Source: Flectonema sp. DT1601
Lineage: Eukaryota
DNA: 64,000 nucleotides
Assembly (NCBI GenBank): GCA_964019425.1
Contig: OZ025796.1
Span: forward strand, 930,001-994,000
Reading direction: 5' to 3'
The stretch's first letter is position 1; every line of letters starts with the position of its first letter. The translations under genes were made by a program, and so were the position numbers. Positions 55,541 to 64,000 of the stretch are shown here, in pieces. Under the pieces are notes generated by a model. It did no database searches, was not told the DNA's origin, and worked only from the letters and a program-made list of their open reading frames with translations.

Positions 55541-56380
55541 TATAAAATTAAAAAAAAAGGAAACAAAAAAAAACTTTATCACTAGTCTGTTTCCTGTTTT
55601 GAAAAATATTATTTTAATTTTTTTTTTTTCTTCTTTTTTGTTGACGCTAGCGGAGAATTCTGCTTGGTGAGAAAACAAAAAAAAATCGAATAGAATATAA
55701 AAAAAAACATTTTTAGTATTTTGGGCGAACCTTCTTTGTGAAATCAACAGCCACTTGGTTAAACGAAAAAAGAAAAAAAGAAAAAAAAACCAAATTTCAT
55801 TGAACTCTGCCCCTCACATTCCTTAACACTTTCGACACCAAGAAGTTTGCAAGATCCGACTTTGGGAACTATAAACCTCCTAGCAGTGCCCTTGCTGCTT
55901 CTGGAACATGGCGGGGGAAAACTTAAGAAGAAAAAGAAAAGAAAAGGTTTACACCCCACAGCTATATACTGTCAACCGTTCATGTTGGAAAAAAAATTAT
56001 AAATCAAGAGTAATTAAACAAGGAATTCTTTGCAAATACGGTAAAAAAAGAGGGAACCGGCCTGAGAACATTTGTGACTCGGCACTTACAACCCGATTAC
56101 CGATGTGCAATGACACGTTGGCATGTGAACAAATTGCAATATTTCTTGGTGTGGGATTACGTTAACGTAATGGAATGAAATTTGCTCCTACTGCGACATT
56201 TTCAATTGGGCTGATGCCCAATACAAATAACTATTCTCGGTTCTGGAATAGAGCATCCACCTTATGTTTAGTTAGTATCATTAATTTTAGAACAGAAAAG
56301 TGAGAATAAGAAAAGTAGAGATCAATAAAAGAAAAGTATTCATTTCTGCAGTTTCCTAACATCAAAGGGTAATAGAATAT

Positions 56381-56448
56381 GTAGTTTCAGGCCTTAATCT
56401 TATACTACTTGTCCCTTTTTAGGCCTTCATCAGTAAGTTCTAAGGGAC
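56381..56448 (-). ncRNA. Hammerhead ribozyme-like motif, downstream copy; predicted cleavage after GUA between 56403 and 56402
   Basis: Minus strand: GUCCCUU AGAA CUUA CUGAUGA AGGCCU AAA AAGGGAC AA GUAGU A UAAG AUUA AGGCCU GAA ACUAC. All core nucleotides are present and stems I, II and III can pair. Confidence 0.7.
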
Positions 56449-56537
56449 TTCATTCTATGTTGAAGTTGCTATCGTTCAAAGATAAAAATCCATCGGAGCT
56501 CGCCAGGATAGGGCTAGCAATGTTTATTTGCTTTTGC

Positions 56538-57287
56538 TCAATTTGAATTTTTGACGTCTGATCGTTTCACTATTACAGTCGAGTTAATGGATGAGTCGTC
56601 ATCCAATTTGCGTTTTACTTTATCTTCGCATATCATCAAAGGTCCTATATTCGCTGGTGTCATCGTAACATCCATATCAGTCTGAGCTTTTAATGGTATC
56701 ATATGGAAACTATGCTCTGTAGTTCGGTACATCTTGTCAAAATGATCGAAAGGGAGTCTTAAATCTTTTGTGCCTTTAAGAATGTCTCGGATGATCATGG
56801 ACTCAAATGAGACTAGCGCAACAATAAAGTGAGTCATCCTTGTTTTCGCTTTATGTAGAATAAGTGCTGCGGCTGCTTCAGGATAATCGAAATCTGCTGG
56901 GTTAACGAAGTACTCGATTCTCCTGTTGAATTTAGTCATGCAAGCCATGTTAAGTACTTGTAGCGAGAACCAACCATCTGGTGATGGTTTATGCTCTGAG
57001 TTGTTCGGTTCTACTTTAAGAGATTCTTCATAAAATCGCTGTTGGTAGTTTTGCAGAAAACTGAAGTTAATTCTATCGATATATAAATGATCTGCAATGA
57101 AGTTGAGCGCTGCCCATCCGCATTCTCCACCGAGAAGACCTTCTCCTGATGTTTGATGTAGGGATGGTGGAAATCGTTTATCCAAGGAATGGCTTGTAGA
57201 GCCTGTGTGGTTAATTGTATCCTTTTCGATGCTTAATGGGACTTTGTGACTAAACTTCTCAAAAGTAAGGTTGATACGTCGACGCAT
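56538..57287 (-). CDS. Josephin/ataxin-3-like papain-fold protease (putative deubiquitinase)
   Basis: HQ..ECGWAALN, DGWFSLQVLNMA (compare ataxin-3 SGFFSIQVI), ALILH, THFIVAL, IIRD give a plausible Cys-His-Asp triad. Confidence 0.55.
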   Translation of the reverse strand: MRRRINLTFEKFSHKVPLSIEKDTINHTGSTSHSLDKRFPPSLHQTSGEGLLGGECGWAALNFIADHLYIDRINFSFLQNYQQRFYEESLKVEPNNSEHKPSPDGWFSLQVLNMACMTKFNRRIEYFVNPADFDYPEAAAALILHKAKTRMTHFIVALVSFESMIIRDILKGTKDLRLPFDHFDKMYRTTEHSFHMIPLKAQTDMDVTMTPANIGPLMICEDKVKRKLDDDSSINSTVIVKRSDVKNSN

Positions 57288-57464
57288 TGCAGCTGCTGTA
57301 TTACCATCATCAATGTGAGAGCTAATGAAGCGGAGGCATGCTGCTCCACCTTATGTTTAGTTAGAATATGAGTTTGTTATAAAAAAGTGCACTAAAATAA
57401 AATATAAAAAAGAAAAGTTATAAAAACACATTGTTCTGCTGTTCCATAATACACTGTGGAATAC

Positions 57465-57530
57465 GTAGTTTCAGGCCTTAATCTTATACTACTTGTCCCT
57501 CTTAGGCCTTCATCAGTAAGTTCTAGGGAC
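57465..57530 (-). ncRNA. Hammerhead ribozyme-like motif, upstream copy; predicted cleavage between 57487 and 57486
   Basis: Minus strand: GUCCCU AGAA CUUA CUGAUGA AGGCCU AAG AGGGAC AA GUAGU A UAAG AUUA AGGCCU GAA ACUAC. Confidence 0.7.
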
Positions 57531-59748
57531 TTCATTCCAGTTAAATAATAAATCGGATCCATCAATTGGTCTATTTCAAAAGAACTGATTATGTTTAGTT
57601 AGTTAGTTAGCAAAATACAAACTGATGACTACGAGGGGTCTGGGTAGCCCGCATCAGTAAGGACCCAATCGCGAAGATTGTAGTTTCATAGTATTGGCTG
57701 GAAGTGATCGACTTCCAGCCTCCACCTTGCCCAGAGGCTAACAGGTTGTAAACAACTAAAGAAAATAAAAAAGAAACGATCTGGGAGTGGGGGGAAGGTG
57801 AAAAAAAATAAAAAATCTTCTTTCTTTCATATACATCTTTCTTTATAATACGACCACATGTGCCATATGCCCACACTCCACGAAAGAAAATAGAAAACCC
57901 CGGAACAGTACCGAGGATCGTTCACCCCCAGTTGTCCAAAGCATTATAAGTGTACTGTGGGCTTACCGAAAAGCTTTAGAAATGTACCACAAAAGATTTA
58001 GGCAGCACATAGCCATATCACTCAGCAAGAAATGAAAACCAAAAGGATCAGGTAAGATGACAGTCAGTTTAAGGTCATAACTGCGCCGGACCTGAGTTTA
58101 AGCAACTCTCTTTGCGAGCATTACTCAAGTACAAAGAAGGCAATGGCGAATCCAAAGCCAAGGAAAGTATTTTTTCTCTTTCTTTTTTTTTTTTTTTCCA
58201 TTTTCTTTTTTATTGCGCATTGGGAAAAAGTTATGAACAAGGGAAAAATTAGTTTTAAGCATATTTATATAAAGACATAAATATATGTATTGTATCAAAG
58301 TTAATTAATTTAAATAATTAGTAATTTGTGATGCAGTGACTAAAGTGAACAAGGGGGAATTAAAAAAGAAAACGAGAGGAAAAACAACAAAGTACGTGTG
58401 AGAAGTTGACCGATTAAATTCTTTTATTTTATTTTATTTTATTTTATTTTTCTCCCCTGGAAAAAAAAAAAAAAAAAAAAAAAAGCGAGAAAAAAGAAGT
58501 CGAAACGCCTAACACTAACAATACACGTACCCAGAATCGTCAGCACCAAGTACAGTAAGGGGTGAGACAGTAGGTGTATGAATAACGAGCTAAAAACAAG
58601 CTGCAAAGGTCCCTAGCCCACAGGAGCTGGTTCCAACCGATGATGAAATGATAAAAAGATTCAAATCAAGAGCGCTGTGTTGCAGCAACGTTCTTTTTTA
58701 TTTTATTTTATTTTTATTTTTATTTTTTTTTTTTTTTTTGCCTGCATAGCTTCGCCTGAAATAGTAATGGAATAGTAATGAAATAGTAAACAAGCTCCCC
58801 AAGGGCTTTAACGTAAGTTTTTTTTTTTTTTTTTTAATAGAATTCAAGAAATCCAAGTTTTCATAAATTACACACAAGACTACATCAACAGTAATGTATT
58901 TCCGTGTTACCTAAAAGGAACCGAACATCTAAGTTAACGATCAGTAAACAATGTACTTGGTAATAATTGAGTTAAATAGGAAAAAATATAAAAAAAAATA
59001 TTTTTGATATTAAAAAAATAAACACAACTAATATATTGTATCATAAGAACCTAAAAGAATAATTTGACCACCTATGGATACCGTGACCATGCTCAACCTA
59101 ACCTTTAAGGTAACTATCAGCTTCGAGAGTAAGCGCCTCTATTCTATAGGAGAGAGGCAGGATAATAGTTTGAGCAAAAATATGTACTGGATCAAAGGGG
59201 AGAGGGAGGAGGGAAAGAACGAAATCTTCCGTATTTAATGTAAAGAAAAAGCACTTGGTGTCCTTGTGAGATGCCACATCAGTTATTGGAAATCTATAAG
59301 TAATATTTCACACAGATGAGATCTGCTTTACCAAATTCTGATCCGCGAACTACGTTGGTAAGTATAGAATTCAAAAGGACAGTTAATATATATCAGAAAT
59401 ATGATTGTCTCCGAGAATGTAACTACCCACTTTACAAAAAAAAAAAAAAAAAAAAAACATGCGAATACGAAAACAAGATCACGAAGATGGCAGGTTGTTT
59501 CCAAACCAAGGGATCTTCAATCTTTGCTCGATAGATAGATAGATAGATAAGGAAGTCCAATACATTGCGTACTGTGCATCGCTGATACAGCAAACTAGGG
59601 AGCATCGGGTTAACTCCCTAGAGCTACGAGGCAACAGCAACGTAATTAGACCCAATCTTATTAGGATTGTTTTATTATAGCTTCGGCTGACGGGGCATAA
59701 TGAACACAGTATGCCTATTGTCAGCTTTCCACCTTGTCCGATTGTTGT

Positions 59749-59906
59749 CGGGTATATTGTGGGTAGTTCGAAAACGTTGCGCTCCAAAATATAACAAGAC
59801 TCTACTCCACCCGCGTCAGGCGCATCTCTTGTCTTAGCCCTAGCATGCTACGTTGGAACATTGTCACCAGCCCGGTGGACCAAGTTGTAATTATTGCCCC
59901 TGGTTT
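59749..59906 (-). mobile_element. Internal 3'-UTR fragment of the CRE-like element
   Basis: Matches 27810-27967 with one substitution; lacks the terminal 131 nt and the tail. Confidence 0.9.
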
Positions 59907-59976
59907 TTTTTAACTCAAGGCGTGTTATAGTATTAGGTGAGAGATAATGGAAAGGAAGAGAAAAGAGAGAGGGTTG

Positions 59977-59977
<1 letters not shown>

Positions 59978-60017
<40 letters not shown>

Positions 60018-60326
60018 CGCCGAAGCGAAGATGCCGGGAAGAAACCACATGCTAGTACAGTTCTTTTACTTTTCTTTGTCTGCTGGAATTCTATCTGAGA
60101 AAACCGGTAGTCTTTAAAATTGTAAGCCAAGTACAAGTTGCCTCCTGACGGGTATATTGTGGGTAGTTCGAAAACGTTGCGCTCCAAAATATAACAAGAC
60201 TCTACTCCACCCGCGTCAGGCGCATCTCTTGTCTTAGCCCTAGCATGCTACGTTGGAACATTGTCACCAGCCCGGTGGACCAAGTTGTAATTATTGCCCC
60301 TGGTTTACTCATCACTCTTCCGTGTG
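59978..60326 (-). mobile_element. 5'-truncated copy of the CRE-like element with a 40-nt poly(A) tail
   Basis: 60018-60326 matches 27679-27987 with one substitution; T40 at 59978-60017 and T8 at 60327-60334. Confidence 0.93.
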
Positions 60327-61308
60327 TTTTTTTTGTTCCATAACGGACAATGAAAAAGAGTAATATTTATCAAAAAGGTGTCATCTACTCAGATAACATA
60401 GAGGAAGAAGCACGGGTCATGACGAACAGGCTGCGAAACACAAGTAAAAACGTCTACGCAGTCCCAAACACAGATACACATTTCTGATTTACTATTGAAA
60501 ATTACTCTAGCAGGAAAGTGCTTGCAATTAATCAACTAAACCACTTAGGTAACGTGTGTCATGCTGCTGGCTGAAATGTGCAAACAAAAAATCGGGGGGT
60601 GGAAAAGAAGGATAAAAAAAAAAAAAGAGAGGAAGAACAGTAATTATACAACACAAACGCAAACGAAAGGTTTACTTCACAGTGGAACAGCAACACATAA
60701 TTTGAAAATAAAAAAATAATAAAAACGTGTAGATGATTAGAGGAAAGCCTCACGACACACCTTTGATGTGAAGAAAAAGAAAACAGAGGGGAAAACAGCA
60801 TTAAAGACGATACTTTCTAGTAAACAGAAGTAACACAGTAAATGATTAAGGTTTGCCTCATGGCATACCTTTGATGTGAGTAGTGCATTAATTTTTAACA
60901 CAGAAAGCCTCGACTCAAAAGAAGTCTCATCACTTTGCAATATAAAAACAAGTGACACTAACTATTTGATCGGGGATCCCAATACCGCAGCAGGAGATTG
61001 GATTTAATCTCAACGCCGTAGTAGTCAGGGTTTGGTCTTTTTGATATGAAATCATTCTTTTCTTAAAAGGGAGGACAAAAATACAAAAAGGATAGGAGGC
61101 GAGAATTCCACCGACCTGGGCAACCTCGCGAATGATGACAGAACATGAAAAGATAAATAGTTAGAAAGATTACATAAAATAATATCTATGACGACGTAAA
61201 CAAAAAGAAAAGGATTGCGAAAGTACCTTAAAACCATACTAAAAAGAACTGCAGTTGGCAATAGGCAACCTATACTTCAAAATATTCTAGTTTAAGATGT
61301 TTAAGCAA

Positions 61309-62766
61309 CTAATTGAGTTCACAGTTTTGTTCTCTTTGAGCCGACTGCGGAACTACGCCAAGCAGTTCCATTGTTTTAAATTTATCAACCATGTTTCCCT
61401 GCGCCAGCGCTTGTTTTCGAAACGTCCCAGTCACGTGAATCAGATGCGCAGAAGCCAGAGTTGTCGTCACATCGGAAGAGATGTGTCGAGGAAATACCCA
61501 ATTTGGAGGACCAATGCAATTGAAATTTATTTCACGCGGTGTGTGTTTCGGGAAGTGAAGTAGTTCCCTAGCTATCTCCTGATCAGTAGTGTGATAAGGA
61601 GCAAAGCCGTCATCTCGAATAGAAGATATTGTTTGAACGTAGTCAGGAATTGGAATCTTGTCCCTCTGCTCCCAATCAGCTTTACGGATCTTTCCGATGA
61701 GGGATTTCCCTCCGTGACAAACTATTTCATAACTTCCGTTAGCGTCATTTCTATTAATGTGGTCCTTACAAACAACTAGAAGTGATTGAATCAGAATACC
61801 AAGAGTCATATTACCTGAGTCAAAACCTGTTATGATCTCACGAGATATGTGTTCTCTCTTTCCTTTATTCTTCAAACCAAATCCTTTTATCCTCTTTCCC
61901 AGTTGCCAAATCCTCAGAGAAACACGTCCAGATAGATGTGGTCGCTGTGTCATCTCTTTCCCTTCTAACTCTTTATTCCACCAAATAAGTTCGTCAGCCC
62001 ATTTCTGTGTGTACTTCATCACGGCAACGTGAGGCATCATAGCCACCACACCTGTATTAGGCCACACTTTAAAACATGGTTCAACTGTTGGTCTCTCACC
62101 ACACATCATGGCTAAATTCGCATTCAATGAAAGGAAGTGTTGCCATGGATTTCGTAGAGCAATAACGTCAGTATCGAGAAGTATGAGAGCGATACCTGTG
62201 TTGGTTAGTTGGTTGTCGTAATAATAACTGAAAATAAGAATAAGAAAACAATTCAAACCTGACTGTAAGATTCGATTCATCATAATAGGTTTACAATGCA
62301 TTACTGATAATGTTAGTTTGTGACCTGTCGATCTCTTTGTAGAAAGCCAAGGGCATATTTGAACTACGTCAGAACAGTCAACATTATTACTTTGACACCA
62401 ACTTGACAATCTATCCCCTTGTGTTCCTATGAAGATTCCAGTTGAAGCTGAGTCGTCATTCGTTGTAGTTATAGATTTTCTGACATTGTACAACCAGCTG
62501 CTCAGCATTCTCTGTGCTCTACAGTTAGCAACTGTGGCTATAATACGTCCGTGTCTTGATGCTGATTTCACTGTTGTGATAAAGTTGTCTTTTGGTCCAA
62601 TAGAATGCGTGATCCTGTTTTGAGAAACATTATTTCCGACAACTCGAATAGACACCAAGAAATTAACATCTTCAACACCAATACTAGGATACGCAGCCCA
62701 TAGTGCTAGTAGTGTCATAATTGGTATCGCGATAAACGTTACCCTCATCAGTCTATCAACAGCCAT
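61309..62766 (-). CDS. Duplicate DxD glycosyltransferase-like gene
   Basis: Identical to 3967-5424 except K->N (61810) and one synonymous change. Confidence 0.65.
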   Translation of the reverse strand: MAVDRLMRVTFIAIPIMTLLALWAAYPSIGVEDVNFLVSIRVVGNNVSQNRITHSIGPKDNFITTVKSASRHGRIIATVANCRAQRMLSSWLYNVRKSITTTNDDSASTGIFIGTQGDRLSSWCQSNNVDCSDVVQICPWLSTKRSTGHKLTLSVMHCKPIMMNRILQSGLNCFLILIFSYYYDNQLTNTGIALILLDTDVIALRNPWQHFLSLNANLAMMCGERPTVEPCFKVWPNTGVVAMMPHVAVMKYTQKWADELIWWNKELEGKEMTQRPHLSGRVSLRIWQLGKRIKGFGLKNKGKREHISREIITGFDSGNMTLGILIQSLLVVCKDHINRNDANGSYEIVCHGGKSLIGKIRKADWEQRDKIPIPDYVQTISSIRDDGFAPYHTTDQEIARELLHFPKHTPREINFNCIGPPNWVFPRHISSDVTTTLASAHLIHVTGTFRKQALAQGNMVDKFKTMELLGVVPQSAQREQNCELN

Positions 62767-63345
62767 GTTGGCAAATAGAAACTGAAGGGAGAAAGATGAA
62801 TCAAAAATAAATTAAATCACAAACTACGACCACATCCATTAAGCATAACTTAGAAGACATCACCGACAGTATTTGAGAAAAAGGATGTTTTAGAAATCCA
62901 ACTTTTTCTCAGTCGGATTCACTGAAGAGAGTTAAGCTCCCCAACCTTCAAAAAGTAAAGGTTTCCTTATTAAGTAGTTTACGATCTCAAGATATAATTC
63001 TTTATCGAATCCAGTGAAGACAAACTAAACGAAAAACTCGCCATACGTCTTCACAACCGTGAGACTCTCACTGGCTAAAAAAAGACATCCGCCGCATAAA
63101 CAAGGCAGACAGTAGTATTCGATATCCTTCAGTGCTCACACAACAACGATCAACTTAAGGGGAAGTGGGATCTATGTACGAAGAGAGTGTGGATTGACGT
63201 CAGTTATGTGACGGCACTGTTATTTTATTTATAAAAACCACGAAGAAGAATACCACCATAAAGAAAATATAAATAAAAAATAGAACAAACAAGGACACGG
63301 TCGTCGACTCAGTGTAAATAACAACCCAACTTTTGAGAGTATTAA

Positions 63346-64000
63346 TTAATCAGTTTTTTGACAGATCTCTTGAACCTCCGCAGCTTCCGGCGATAGATCA
63401 CCGTCACACTCAATTTGAATATCTTCTCCTTCAAGATTGTCAGCAGCAGAATCATCTTTTTGAGATGTCAACTCTACATCAGATTGATGATGTGGAGACG
63501 TTGGTGGTTTCACAACTAAGACCAAATTTAAAGAATCAAAAGGTCGTTCGATCCAAGCATATAGTCCAGCCACAACAAGAAGTAGTGTCGCAAACACACT
63601 AAAGAGAATCGAAGCTCCCGCATGGTAATAGATGAATCCACCTCCAAGAGTACCAATCAATGGACCAACACCCCATGACACACCATTTAGTACTCCCATT
63701 AAGGAGGTGGTCATTCCAGGGGGAGCAAATTCGTTAACAAAAAATACAGCTGCAGACCAGCTAAGACCATAGGCTATACCGTGCATCGATTCTAATAAAA
63801 AAGCCCAATAAGGATGAGTAATAATACTGTAGCCAAAAAAACGCATCGATTGCGCAATGCAACCAACAAAAACCATTGATGCTGGCCCAACTCTTTTCCT
63901 TATCTCAGTTGAGTAAATGAAAACAGGAATTTCACTAGCGATGCCAACCATCGTAGTGAACCCGATGAGTGTTTTTGAAGCTCCCAAATCATCTAAATGA
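63346..64000 (-). CDS. MFS transporter (MFSD6-like), 3' part; 5' part beyond the window
   Basis: Identical to 6004-6658; frame is open to the window edge. Confidence 0.75.
   Translation of the reverse strand, partial: HLDDLGASKTLIGFTTMVGIASEIPVFIYSTEIRKRVGPASMVFVGCIAQSMRFFGYSIITHPYWAFLLESMHGIAYGLSWSAAVFFVNEFAPPGMTTSLMGVLNGVSWGVGPLIGTLGGGFIYYHAGASILFSVFATLLLVVAGLYAWIERPFDSLNLVLVVKPPTSPHHQSDVELTSQKDDSAADNLEGEDIQIECDGDLSPEAAEVQEICQKTD

Larger units (their letters stand above)
56256..57536 (-). mobile_element. Putative retrozyme-like unit: two ~200-bp direct repeats (56256-56454, 57345-57536), each with a hammerhead core, flanking a Josephin-like ORF
   Basis: The repeats share tccaccttatgtttagttag and a ~70-nt near-identical block, while the middle portion is diverged and A-rich on +. 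Confidence 0.6.
60648..64000. repeat. Segmental duplication, copy B (runs off right edge)
   Basis: Matches 3306-6658. Confidence 0.97.

Noticed and set aside
54721..55959. Phe/Lys-rich small ORFs
   Set aside because: Artefacts of homopolymer tracts.
57621..57666. HDV-like ribozyme reading of the pseudoknot
   Set aside because: P1 is too short, L3 is only 3 nt, and there is no P1.1, P4 or catalytic J4/2.

Overview
AT-rich eukaryotic (protist) genomic DNA. About 17 host genes all lie on the minus strand, are intron-poor, and several have AG acceptor sites just upstream of the ATG. This is compatible with a euglenozoan (diplonemid-like) polycistronic, trans-spliced cluster (inference). Host genes: PAN/Apple-domain membrane protein, GH5 glycosidase, DxD glycosyltransferase-like protein, MFS half-gene, beta-helix protein (probably damaged), peptide deformylase, PLAC8, cytochrome b5/b5-reductase fusion, large ankyrin protein, SMG8-like, SGNH hydrolase, patatin, 3346-aa coiled-coil protein, CCDC81-like, AKR and SET/SMYD. 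Three things stand out. (1) A 10.2-kb full-length CRE-type non-LTR retrotransposon (27679-37883) whose single ORF carries RT and a restriction-like endonuclease plus both OTU and USP deubiquitinase domains, two RNA/DNA hybrid-binding domains and a degenerate RNase H. It and two 3' fragments all abut A/T homopolymer tracts. (2) A pair of ~200-bp direct repeats 1084 nt apart (56256-57536). Each holds a complete hammerhead ribozyme core in a non-canonical strand order (pseudoknot or kissing-loop), followed by a splice-acceptor-like signal. Together they flank a Josephin-like ORF, forming a retrozyme-like unit. (3) A near-identical duplication of at least 3.35 kb (3306-6658 = 60648-64000) that brackets a ~54-kb block and coincides with a chimeric gene junction at ~6670. 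All family calls come from motifs recognised by eye; no database search was run.
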